A stretch of 64,000 nucleotides of DNA, taken from assembly GCA_965369995.1 (NCBI GenBank), contig CBDURO010000004.1, positions 4,216-68,215 of the forward strand, in the 5' to 3' direction. Below, piece by piece: positions 36,067 to 45,563 of the stretch. The notes under the pieces were generated by a model that worked only from the letters and a program-made list of their open reading frames with translations, was not told the DNA's origin and did no database searches. The stretch's first letter is position 1. Each line of letters opens with the position of its first letter. Origin of the DNA: an uncultured bacterium (GTDB lineage Bacteria > Fidelibacterota > Marinisomatia > Marinisomatales > JAHJCW01). Both the position numbers and the translations under genes were made by a program.

Positions 36067-37869
36067 TTAATCCGAATCAATCTGCAAAACTGCTAATAAG
36101 GCTTCCTGCGGTACCTCCACTTTACCAATCATTTTCATACGTTTTTTACCTTTCTTTTGCTTCTCCCACAATTTCCTTTTACGAGAGATATCTCCTCCGT
36201 AGCATTTTGCTGTAACATTCTTTTTTATTGCTTTAACAGTTGTTCGCGCAATGATTTTAGAACCCAAAGAAGCTTGAATTGCAACTTCAAACATTTGTCG
36301 TGGAATAAGTTCTTTAAGTTTTCTGCATAACGCGTTACCGCGATGGAATGCATCATCGGCATGGCATATAATTGAAAGCGCATCAACCGGTTCGGAATGT
36401 ATTAATATATCCAACTTTCTTAGTTTTCCTGTACGAAACTTTGATATTTCATAATCTAAAGAAGCGTACCCGCGTGATATCGATTTCAACTTGTCATAGA
36501 AATCGAATATGATTTCTCCAAGCGGTAATTCATAGTGTAATTGTGCTTTATCACTGGATAAATAATTAGTGGTCTTATATTCACCACGCTTCCTTTGACA
36601 TAAAGTCATTATTCCGCCAATATACTCTTTTGGTGTGATGATTTCGGCATTTACAAATGGCTCCATAACATCTATAATATCATTACTTTGTGGCATTTTT
36701 GCCGGCGTGTCAACATCAATTATTTCATTTGATTTTAATCTAACTTTATAACACACATTCGGCGATGTTGTAACTAATGATAAATCAAATTCACGTTCAA
36801 GCCGCTCCTGAATAATTTCCATATGCAATAATCCAAGAAAACCGGCGCGGAAACCAAATCCTAATGCAGAACTTGTTTCAGGTTCATAGATTAATGAAGC
36901 ATCGTTTAATTTTAACTTATCAAGTGCCTGTCTAAGTTGTTCAAAATCATCAGCATCTGATGGATATAGTCCTGAAAACACCATCGGTTTAATTTTTTTA
37001 TAACCGGATAATCTCTCTTCTGCCGGATTTTGTTTAGTAGTTATCGTATCACCGGGTTCGATGTGTTCCACATCGCGGATATTTGCAATAACATAACCCA
37101 CATCTCCAGCTCGCAATTCCCCGGTTGGGACATGTTTCAATACAAAGTGCCCAACTTCCGTTGTCTCATATTTTTCCGAATGTGCAAAGAATTGAGCGGT
37201 CATACCTGCTTTTATAACTCCATCAAAAACACGAACATACGGAATAGCGCCACGATAATTATCGTACATAGAATCAAAAATCAAGGCGCGCGTTGGCTCC
37301 AAGTAATTATCATCTGGTGGCGGAATTAAATTGATTATTGCATCCAAAATATCTTGTAAACCACTGCCTTCCTTTGCACTAACTTGTAGTATTTCATCGG
37401 CAGAGCAGCCGATTAATTCAATTATTTGTTGTTTTACGTCATCAATACGGGCGCTTATTAAATCAACTTTATTTATAACAGGGATTAAGGTTAAATCATT
37501 TTCAATCGCTAAATAAGCATTACTGACAGTTTGTGCTTCTACGCCTTGCGCCGCATCAACCAATAACAAAGCTCCCTCGCATGCTGCAAGCGAGCGTGAC
37601 ACTTCGTAAGCAAAATCCACATGACCGGGGGTATCTATCAAATTCAGTATATATTCCTGCTTATCAGTATGTTTATACTTCATTTGTATGGGATGACTTT
37701 TTATGGTTATACCGCGTTCACGCTCCAAATCCATATCGTCTAAAACTTGTGCTTTCATATCTTTTTTCTGCAAAGTTTTAGTTTCTTCGAGCAATCTATC
37801 GGCAAGTGTTGACTTGCCGTGATCAATATGCGCTATAATACAAAAATTTCGAATTCTATCAGTTGACAT
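36067..37869 (-). CDS. lepA: Elongation factor 4
   Basis: IRNFCIIAHIDHGKSTLADRLLE, DTPGHVDF, and the LepA-specific C-terminal domain. Confidence 0.97.
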   Translation of the reverse strand: MSTDRIRNFCIIAHIDHGKSTLADRLLEETKTLQKKDMKAQVLDDMDLERERGITIKSHPIQMKYKHTDKQEYILNLIDTPGHVDFAYEVSRSLAACEGALLLVDAAQGVEAQTVSNAYLAIENDLTLIPVINKVDLISARIDDVKQQIIELIGCSADEILQVSAKEGSGLQDILDAIINLIPPPDDNYLEPTRALIFDSMYDNYRGAIPYVRVFDGVIKAGMTAQFFAHSEKYETTEVGHFVLKHVPTGELRAGDVGYVIANIRDVEHIEPGDTITTKQNPAEERLSGYKKIKPMVFSGLYPSDADDFEQLRQALDKLKLNDASLIYEPETSSALGFGFRAGFLGLLHMEIIQERLEREFDLSLVTTSPNVCYKVRLKSNEIIDVDTPAKMPQSNDIIDVMEPFVNAEIITPKEYIGGIMTLCQRKRGEYKTTNYLSSDKAQLHYELPLGEIIFDFYDKLKSISRGYASLDYEISKFRTGKLRKLDILIHSEPVDALSIICHADDAFHRGNALCRKLKELIPRQMFEVAIQASLGSKIIARTTVKAIKKNVTAKCYGGDISRKRKLWEKQKKGKKRMKMIGKVEVPQEALLAVLQIDSD

Positions 37870-37902
37870 AGACGGAAAATACGGTAATTTTAGCTGAATA
37901 GA

Positions 37903-37940
37903 GAATAGCTATTAACGCTTTGAGCGCTGACAGCTATTTC
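37903..37940. repeat. Imperfect hairpin element in the lepA upstream spacer
   Basis: GAATAGCT-attAACGC-tttga-GCGCTgac-AGCTATTT. A second 6-bp hairpin, TTGGTC...GACCAA, lies at 37982-38004. Confidence 0.4.
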
Positions 37941-38014
37941 ATTTTTAAGTAGATTTGGCTTATTATTCCTTGCTTGGTGGTTTGGTCAGGGGTATATCGA
38001 CCAATGATTTAATA

Positions 38015-38551
38015 TTAAATCCCCAATATCTTTGCATCTACTTCCACTGTTGATTTTAAATCTAGTAAAAGGTCTTCTGTTAGTGGACTTGATGAAGTTG
38101 TTTTAAGTCGTACTCGAATTGCATCGCTTGTTAAATACTTCTTTAAATCACTGTTTGTAGTTTCTAATTCCAAATAATTACCAATGTCATTTGGTATTTT
38201 ATCTTTCCAAGCGATTAATTTTTCTTCTAATACATCAGTTTTGACAAAGATTTCAATTTTATTTAAAAAGTTAAAATTACCATCGGTAGGCTCTAAGATT
38301 GTTACATTGAATTTCTTTAATGTTGCTCTTTCAACTAAATCTTTTCGAGTATTATTTATCTCAAATGTGGATTCGACATCATTCTCTACATCTGGAGATT
38401 CAATATTTAAATTATCAAGATTGATGCCACCAAATGCGGGTAATGTAAAAGTATAGTTGTATTCAATATCGAAATGAGTCAGTTCATCAATTAGCTTACA
38501 TCCGGAAAATGTAAATAGTAATATGAATAAAATTGAAGAACTGATTTTCAT
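38015..38551 (-). CDS. Lipoprotein of unknown function
   Basis: Lipobox FTFSGC after a hydrophobic leader. 178 aa. Confidence 0.6.
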   Translation of the reverse strand: MKISSSILFILLFTFSGCKLIDELTHFDIEYNYTFTLPAFGGINLDNLNIESPDVENDVESTFEINNTRKDLVERATLKKFNVTILEPTDGNFNFLNKIEIFVKTDVLEEKLIAWKDKIPNDIGNYLELETTNSDLKKYLTSDAIRVRLKTTSSSPLTEDLLLDLKSTVEVDAKILGI

Positions 38552-38571
38552 TTATTGAAGTTTAATCCAAA

Positions 38572-38934
38572 TTAAGATTTGGCTACTCCTAATACATCTT
38601 CCATCGCTTTTTCTAAATCGTCTTTTGGCAAGGCTCCAGCTGACATTTGTGGCTGACCGTCTTGTGGTACAAATAACATCGAAGGAATACTTCGGATTCC
38701 GAAAGCTCCTGCTAATTCTTGTTCCTGTTCGGTATTTACTTTGTAAATGTTTACTTTCCCTTTGTACTCATCAGAAAGTTCTTCCAATATTGGAGCAACC
38801 GTTTTACACGGTCCACACCAATCTGCATAGAAATCTATTATACAAGGTAATTCACCTTCGAATTTCCAATCTTTATTTTTTTCGTAGTTAAATACTTTTG
38901 TTAAAAATTGTTCTTTTGTTAAATGTTCTGTCAT
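38572..38934 (-). CDS. trxA: Thioredoxin
   Basis: WCGPC active site in a 120-aa thioredoxin-fold ORF. Confidence 0.9.
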   Translation of the reverse strand: MTEHLTKEQFLTKVFNYEKNKDWKFEGELPCIIDFYADWCGPCKTVAPILEELSDEYKGKVNIYKVNTEQEQELAGAFGIRSIPSMLFVPQDGQPQMSAGALPKDDLEKAMEDVLGVAKS

Positions 38935-39037
38935 TATTTACTCCTAAATATTGTATGTTTCGGTGGTTTGATGTAAATGTGAATAAATAGTTACAGCATT
39001 CGTTTCATAGACATTTTAAATATCTAATCCCCTGTCC

Positions 39038-40660
39038 CTAATCCCTGAACCCTGATCCTTTATAGTGATTCACAATCGGTACCCTGCGTCCTACACCAAA
39101 AGCTTTGGAGCTTACCCTTAAACCCGGAGCAGCTTGACGACGTTTAAATTCATTAATTCTAATTAATCGATACAGCCTTATAACTAATTCTCTATCAGCG
39201 CCGTTTTCAATTAATTCTTGCGGACTTTTTCTTTCTTCAATAATTGCATCAACTAACGGGCTTACAATATCATAATCAAACGGATCAACTTGGTCTTCGG
39301 CTAACTCCGCCGATGGTACTTTCTCAATTGTGGATTGCGGAATCCGATCATATCCGGCAACTTTATTAATCCAACGTGAAACTCTATAAACATCAATTTT
39401 AGCGAGATCAGAAATCACCGATAATCCACCGCTCATATCACCGTAAAGCGTGCAGTAACCTAAAGCAATTTCAGTTTTGTTACCGGTTGAGAGCACCATC
39501 CAACCAAATTTATTTGATAAAGCCATTAAAATATTTCCGCGCGTACGCGCTTGAATATTCTCCTCTGCAACATTCCGTTTAGTTCCTTCAAATTGTGATT
39601 TAAGTAATGTTTCATATGAATTAACGATACTTTGAATTGCAATAGTATCAAAATTTATTTTCAAATTTTCCGCTAATTGTTTTGCATCCGATTTACTATG
39701 TACACTCGAAAAATGCGAGGGCATAGAAACACCGTGCACGCTATCAGCACCTAACGCATCGGCTGCGATACAGGCGACTAATGCCGAATCAATACCACCA
39801 CTCAAACCAATTAATGCTTCAGAATGCCCCGTTTTGTGAAAATAGTCTTTAACGCCCAAACAAAGCGCATTGTATAATTTTTCCTCATTTGGTAAAACTG
39901 GATATTCCTTTTTAAATTTTGTTGCAATATCTACCATAATTAAATCTTCTTCAAACAATTTCCCCTGAGCAATTTGATCGCAATTAGCGTTATAGGCAAG
40001 TGATTCTCCGTCAAATATCAGTTCATCCTGCGCACCAATAAGGTTACAGTATAAAAACGGTATTTTAATGTTTTTTACTTTTTCCTTAATTAGTTCTTGA
40101 CGCTCAGTAATTCTCCCCTCATGATAGGGCGAAGCGGAAATATTGATAATTAAATCTGCACCTTTTTCTTTTTGCAATTTTGAAACTTTTGTATCATATC
40201 CCCTGTCCCACAAGTCCTCGCAAATTTGGATACCTACTTTTACATTTTTACCATGAATTTCAATTTCCCAAACACCTGGAGTTTTACCATTTGCAAAATA
40301 TCTATCCTCATCAAATACATCATATGTTGGTAACAATATTTTATCGTAAGTATTTGTAATCTTACTGTCTTGACATAATGCAGCACTATTATACAATCTG
40401 CCATTTTCTTTTCGTACAAATCCGATTATCATTGGAATTGTAGTTTGTATAGCAATTTCTTTTAAGATAATTAGATTGTCATCAACAAATCCGTTTTCTA
40501 GTAATAAATCTTGAGGAGGATAACCTGTTATTGTTAATTCCGGAAATACAACAATATCAGCATTTAATCTTAGAGCATTAGAGTAATAGTTTAATACTTT
40601 TTTCTTATTAGAATCAAAGTTACCTACGGTTGGATTTATTTGACAAAGTGCAATTTTCAT
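39038..40660 (-). CDS. nadE: Glutamine-dependent NAD+ synthetase
   Basis: An N-terminal CN-hydrolase domain (FPELTITGYPPQD, ICEDLW) plus a C-terminal synthetase domain with the PP-loop GLSGGIDSAL. Confidence 0.92.
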   Translation of the reverse strand: MKIALCQINPTVGNFDSNKKKVLNYYSNALRLNADIVVFPELTITGYPPQDLLLENGFVDDNLIILKEIAIQTTIPMIIGFVRKENGRLYNSAALCQDSKITNTYDKILLPTYDVFDEDRYFANGKTPGVWEIEIHGKNVKVGIQICEDLWDRGYDTKVSKLQKEKGADLIINISASPYHEGRITERQELIKEKVKNIKIPFLYCNLIGAQDELIFDGESLAYNANCDQIAQGKLFEEDLIMVDIATKFKKEYPVLPNEEKLYNALCLGVKDYFHKTGHSEALIGLSGGIDSALVACIAADALGADSVHGVSMPSHFSSVHSKSDAKQLAENLKINFDTIAIQSIVNSYETLLKSQFEGTKRNVAEENIQARTRGNILMALSNKFGWMVLSTGNKTEIALGYCTLYGDMSGGLSVISDLAKIDVYRVSRWINKVAGYDRIPQSTIEKVPSAELAEDQVDPFDYDIVSPLVDAIIEERKSPQELIENGADRELVIRLYRLIRINEFKRRQAAPGLRVSSKAFGVGRRVPIVNHYKGSGFRD

Positions 40661-40663
40661 ATT

Positions 40664-40936
40664 CTATATTATTATTTTAAATGAATTAAATTTATTTTCA
40701 AACGGTTGCCATTTTACTTTTACATCTTGAACTTTTGATAGTGGAGAACCTATTCTTAATTTGTTTATCAATTGATTGATAATTTCTTTTTCGCCTTCAA
40801 CAGCAGCACTTACAGTTCCGTCAGAATTATTCTTCACCCATCCATTAAGATCCAGAACAACAGCATTTTTTTTAACAAAATCTCGAAACCAAACACCCTG
40901 TACTTTGCCGGTTACTAATATTTCTACAAATTTCAT
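40664..40936 (-). CDS. acyP: Acylphosphatase
   Basis: 90 aa with VTGKVQGVWFRDF and GWVKNNSDGTV. Confidence 0.85.
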   Translation of the reverse strand: MKFVEILVTGKVQGVWFRDFVKKNAVVLDLNGWVKNNSDGTVSAAVEGEKEIINQLINKLRIGSPLSKVQDVKVKWQPFENKFNSFKIII

Positions 40937-40988
40937 TTATTATTTATAATTTTATATTGATTTTAATAATTCTATTTTTAAGATTATT

Positions 40989-41444
40989 CTATTGCAGGGT
41001 TTTCTTAACTTTTATTATTAAATCATTTACATTGTTCACGGAAATAACACCCGGAATGTCCCAAGTATTATAACCAAAAACAGGTATTTCTAGCTGCAAG
41101 CCATAGGCTATTTCGCTTAAAGTTCCGTAATTACCGGCAATTGCAATTGCAATATCACAATTAAGTGCTATCAAAGCATTTCGAGTAATTCCCATATTAG
41201 TTAAAATAGGGATTGTTAGATATTTATTACTTTCATCAAGATTATCACCTTTTAACAAACCAATACTAATTCCGTTACCGATACTGACACCTTTGCAAAT
41301 AGCTTCCATAACACCTTCACTACCACCACAAAATACTAAAAAGTTTTCCTTGGCAAGTAATTTACCGATTTCTACCGTGTCGTTATAAGTATCTTTATCA
41401 ATATCTCTGCCGCCAAAAACAGCGATTCTTGCAGCGTAGCTCAT
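40989..41444 (-). CDS. TIGR00725/LOG-like Rossmann-fold protein
   Basis: IAVFGG......VEIGKLLAKENFLVFCGGSEGVMEAICKGV pattern. Confidence 0.65.
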   Translation of the reverse strand: MSYAARIAVFGGRDIDKDTYNDTVEIGKLLAKENFLVFCGGSEGVMEAICKGVSIGNGISIGLLKGDNLDESNKYLTIPILTNMGITRNALIALNCDIAIAIAGNYGTLSEIAYGLQLEIPVFGYNTWDIPGVISVNNVNDLIIKVKKTLQ

Positions 41445-42736
41445 TATGGCTCCAATCTTGTTATTGTACGCGGAAACGGAATTGTTTCGCGAATGTGTTT
41501 AATCCCGCAAATCCATGCAACAGTTCTTTCTATACCTAGTCCAAATCCGGAATGTGGAACACTTCCATATATCCTTAAGTCAAGATACCATTTGAAAGGA
41601 GTCATTGGTAAGTCATGTTTTAATATACGTTTAACTAAGGTATCATGATTATCCTCACGCTGACCACCACCTACAATTTCTCCGTAACCTTCAGGTGCTA
41701 ATACATCCATACCGAGTGCTAATTCTTCATTGTCCGGTGCTCGTTTCATGTAAAAAGCTTTAATATCAGCCGGCCAACGATGTATTATAACAGGCTTATC
41801 AAACTGTTCTGCGATTACTGTTTCATCGGTTCCACCGAAATCGCTTCCATATTCAAAATCAACACCATTATCTTTTAATAATTTAGCCGCTTCATCATAA
41901 GTTAATCGAGGAAATGGTGCTTTAATTTTCTCTAATTTTGAAATATCTCTTTCAAGAAAATTCAACTCTTCTTTACTATTTTCAAGGCATTGCTCAACTA
42001 TATAGACAATTAATTTTTCTGCCCATTCCATATTTTCTTCGATATCGCAATAAGCAATTTCCGGTTCGAGCATCCAAAATTCCGTTAAATGTCTGCGAGT
42101 TTTAGATTTTTCAGCACGAAATGTCGGACCAAAAACATAAACTCTATTGAAAGCCATCGCTCCCGCTTCACCATACAATTGTCCGGTTTGCGATAAATAA
42201 GCCGTACGACCATAATAATCTACGTTAAATAAACTTGTCGTTTCTTCCGCGGCATTAGCTGTTAGCATAGGCGCATCAAATAATACAAAATCATTATTAT
42301 CAAAAAAGTCCCGTGACGCTTTTACAATTTGATGTCGTACTTTTAAAATTGCATGCTGTTTTTTTGAACGAATCCATAGATGTCTGTTATCCATTAAAAA
42401 AGCTGTACCGTGCTCCTTAGGTGTAATCGGATATTCTTCGGCTATTTGATGTATTTCGATAGATTTTACGCCAAGTTCAACTCCTCCAACAGCTCGTTTC
42501 TCCAAACGAACGATTCCGGTTACTGTTACTGATGATTCTTGTGTTAATAATTCTTCTTTTTTAAATGTTTCTTCATCAACTTCGCTTTTCACAACAACGC
42601 ATTGCAGCATTTCGGTACCGTCACGCAAAATTAAAAACCATATTTTTCCGATTGAACGAACATTATATACCCAACCGTTTAAGGTAACTTCATTCCCATC
42701 ATGTTTCTTTAAATCTTTTATAAATATTTTTTCCAT
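41444..42736 (-). CDS. asnS: Asparagine--tRNA ligase
   Basis: Class IIb pattern: an OB domain, then FGPTFRAEKSKTRRHLTEFWMLEPE and GFGLGIERTVAWICG. Confidence 0.93.
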   Translation of the reverse strand: MEKIFIKDLKKHDGNEVTLNGWVYNVRSIGKIWFLILRDGTEMLQCVVVKSEVDEETFKKEELLTQESSVTVTGIVRLEKRAVGGVELGVKSIEIHQIAEEYPITPKEHGTAFLMDNRHLWIRSKKQHAILKVRHQIVKASRDFFDNNDFVLFDAPMLTANAAEETTSLFNVDYYGRTAYLSQTGQLYGEAGAMAFNRVYVFGPTFRAEKSKTRRHLTEFWMLEPEIAYCDIEENMEWAEKLIVYIVEQCLENSKEELNFLERDISKLEKIKAPFPRLTYDEAAKLLKDNGVDFEYGSDFGGTDETVIAEQFDKPVIIHRWPADIKAFYMKRAPDNEELALGMDVLAPEGYGEIVGGGQREDNHDTLVKRILKHDLPMTPFKWYLDLRIYGSVPHSGFGLGIERTVAWICGIKHIRETIPFPRTITRLEP

Positions 42737-42761
42737 ATCCTTTATTAACTCTATTTTTGTT

Positions 42762-43322
42762 TTACCAAGATGTTAGTATATTATTAACAATATCTTCGGC
42801 AATTTTTGTTATTGCAATTTTTGTAGCAAATGAACGTGGTTCTCCGAATTCATCATCATCTTCTTCATCAATTTTACCGTCGCCATCATTATCGATTCCA
42901 TCGGTGTTTATATCACCGGATAAACCATAGGCACCCCAACCTGAATATCTCTTTTTTAACAAATCAACATCATTATTAACATCATTCCAAGTAATATCCA
43001 TAGTTATATTAATTCGGTATTCCGATACAGCTTCTTCGCTGCTAAAAGTGTATGGAGCATCTTCCAAACTTATTATCGTACCTCGTAAGATTGAATCGGC
43101 ATTACCCTCATCTACAATACGCAATATATTTTCTTCATTGAATACCTCAATAATATTGTCAGTAATACTTTCGGCAATCCCGAATTCTGCAGTCTGATTA
43201 TTAACTAAAGGTATGGCAATACTTTTGATATGCGGAGGAATTGAACCGGCCATTGAATAAAAACCGCATCCAGCAATCATGAAAACTGATAATATCAAAA
43301 TAGTATAAATTATTCTCTTCAA
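42762..43322 (-). CDS. lptE: LptE-like LPS-assembly lipoprotein with an acidic Asp-rich C-terminal insert
   Basis: Lipobox IAGC. GSIPPHIKSIAIPLVNNQT...ITDNIIEVF...ADSILRGTI matches the LptE pattern. The insert is DINTDGIDNDGDGKIDEEDDDEFGE. Confidence 0.6.
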   Translation of the reverse strand: MKRIIYTILILSVFMIAGCGFYSMAGSIPPHIKSIAIPLVNNQTAEFGIAESITDNIIEVFNEENILRIVDEGNADSILRGTIISLEDAPYTFSSEEAVSEYRINITMDITWNDVNNDVDLLKKRYSGWGAYGLSGDINTDGIDNDGDGKIDEEDDDEFGEPRSFATKIAITKIAEDIVNNILTSW

Positions 43323-43323
43323 A

Positions 43324-44517
43324 TCATTTCCTTTTAATTTTTGGTTCTAATCCGTATTCGGTAATTTTACGATATAGTGTTCTTTCGCTCATTCCTAATG
43401 ATTGCGCAGCAGCACGTCTATTATTATTAAAATATTTTAACGTTCTTTCAATGGCCTCTTGGTTTATTTCCTCAAGTTTAAATTCGCCAATAGCATCCAA
43501 TCTAATTAAATTATTGGTATGATCACTGATTTTCAAATCATCCTGAGTTCTAAGATGCGGTAAATATTGAATATCATTTTGGGGATGTTGTAATTCAGCA
43601 TTCATCATTCCTTTAATATCTTCCACATCTTGCCGTAATAATAATAATTGCCTTAATATTAATTCCCGTTCCGCTCTTTCAGGAGATTGATCTAAAATTA
43701 CCGGTAATTTCTGATTAAACTCAATCGTTGGTAAAACCGGTTCCAAATGATGTTCGATCATTTCTTGAGTTATTCGTTCACCTTTCTCTAAAACGATAAT
43801 TTTTTCAACAAAATTTTTAAGTTCCCGAACATTTCCTGGCCAATCATATTGTTTCATTAAACGGATTGCTTCGGGCATAAAACCGCGATAGGCAATATCA
43901 TTATTTCTTGTGAATTGTAAAGCGAATCGTTCTACAAGGTAGAATAAATCTTCTATTCTTCTACGAAGAGCGGGAACATTAATTGTGACAGTCTTTAATC
44001 GATAATACAGGTCTTGACGGAATTCCCCTCTTCTAACTAATTCGCCCAAATCTTTATTTGTAGCTGCTATCACTCTAACATCTGAATAAAGAGTTTTCGA
44101 ATCACCAACTCTCATAAATTCACCGGTTTCTATGACTCTTAATAATTTTACCTGAGTTTCAAGAGGAGTTTCGCCGATTTCATCAAGGAATATTGTACCT
44201 TTATGAGCAGATTCAAAATACCCTTTTCTATCACTTTCAGCACCTGTGTACGCTCCTTTTTTATGTCCGAATAACTCACTTTCGATTATACCTGCGGGAA
44301 TTGCACCACAATTTACGGTAACCAATTCTTTATTTGTTCGCTTGCTCACAGAATGCAGAGCTTTTGCTACCATCTCCTTGCCAACACCGGAGTCTCCGGT
44401 AATCAACACGGAAATATCAACAGGACCCACTTGGGCTATCATTTCAATTACTTGTTTGATAGTATCAGAATTCCCGATAATCCCGGATTGCTTTTGTAAT
44501 TTATTTATATCAATCAT
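43324..44517 (-). CDS. Sigma-54-dependent transcriptional activator without an N-terminal sensor or receiver domain
   Basis: The AAA+ domain starts about residue 14. It has Walker A GDSGVGKE, the GAYTGA sigma-54 contact loop and WPGNVRELKN. The C-terminal Fis-type HTH is AAQSLGMSERTLYRKI. Confidence 0.88.
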   Translation of the reverse strand: MIDINKLQKQSGIIGNSDTIKQVIEMIAQVGPVDISVLITGDSGVGKEMVAKALHSVSKRTNKELVTVNCGAIPAGIIESELFGHKKGAYTGAESDRKGYFESAHKGTIFLDEIGETPLETQVKLLRVIETGEFMRVGDSKTLYSDVRVIAATNKDLGELVRRGEFRQDLYYRLKTVTINVPALRRRIEDLFYLVERFALQFTRNNDIAYRGFMPEAIRLMKQYDWPGNVRELKNFVEKIIVLEKGERITQEMIEHHLEPVLPTIEFNQKLPVILDQSPERAERELILRQLLLLRQDVEDIKGMMNAELQHPQNDIQYLPHLRTQDDLKISDHTNNLIRLDAIGEFKLEEINQEAIERTLKYFNNNRRAAAQSLGMSERTLYRKITEYGLEPKIKRK

Positions 44518-44546
44518 TATTTTATTTACTTATTACGTATTACTAA

Positions 44547-45524
44547 TTACTCCTCACCGTTTTTATATATATTCCACATGGATTCCAAAATCGTCTCTAA
44601 ATCTGAGTATTTTGCTTCCCAATTAAGTATTTTATTCGCTTTAGTAAAACTAGCCACAACTGTATCCGGGTCACCTTCTCGACGACCAATAATTTCATAT
44701 GGAATATCTTTTCCGGTTATTTCTATTGCTTTATTAATTGCCTCCAAAACAGAGTATCCTCGTTCAGTAGATAGATTAACAATTAAATTTTTCTCATTCT
44801 CCATAAGATATTTTAATGCTAAAACGTGAGCCACAGCCAAGTCATTTACATGAATATAATCTCTCACGCCGGTACCATCGATTGTATCGTAATCATTACC
44901 GTAAACTTGGACTTTATCACGCATTCCGCTTGCCGTTTCCATGATAATCGGTAATAAATTATTCGGATTATTTTCCTTTCCGGTAATCCGACCTTTTACA
45001 TCGTAACCGGCAGCATTAAAATACCGCAAAGCTACATAATTCAATCCTTTTAATTGACTGTACCACTTTAGGTTATCTTCAACAAATACTTTTGTATAAC
45101 CGTAATAATTCGAAGGATTTATCGGATGTTTTTCATCCATCGGAAGATAACTTGGGAAACCATAAACAGCAGCAGTTGAAGAAAACACAAAATTCTTGAT
45201 ACCGGCATCGGTAACTGCATTTAATAAATTCATAGAACCTAAAATATTATTTTCAGCATATTTTTCCGGTTTTACCATTGATTCACCGGCAGCTTTCCAT
45301 GCTGCGAGATGAATAACAGCATCAAAGTTTTTATTATTTAAAGCTTTAGATAGTTGTTGCTTGTCTAAAGTTGAATCAAGTACAAAATCTGCTCTTTTAT
45401 CAATATTTTCTTCTCTACCTAGAGACATATCATCATAAATAGTGACTTCATGTCCTGCGTCGCATAATTCATATACTACGTGCGAACCAATATATCCGGC
45501 TCCGCCTGTTACAAATATTTTCAT
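44547..45524 (-). CDS. galE: UDP-glucose 4-epimerase
   Basis: VTGGAGYIGSH and YGYTK (YxxxK), with SDR extended-family length. Confidence 0.9.
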   Translation of the reverse strand: MKIFVTGGAGYIGSHVVYELCDAGHEVTIYDDMSLGREENIDKRADFVLDSTLDKQQLSKALNNKNFDAVIHLAAWKAAGESMVKPEKYAENNILGSMNLLNAVTDAGIKNFVFSSTAAVYGFPSYLPMDEKHPINPSNYYGYTKVFVEDNLKWYSQLKGLNYVALRYFNAAGYDVKGRITGKENNPNNLLPIIMETASGMRDKVQVYGNDYDTIDGTGVRDYIHVNDLAVAHVLALKYLMENEKNLIVNLSTERGYSVLEAINKAIEITGKDIPYEIIGRREGDPDTVVASFTKANKILNWEAKYSDLETILESMWNIYKNGEE

Positions 45525-45563
45525 TTACAATTCCATAAATCTTAATGTTTTATACTATATTTC

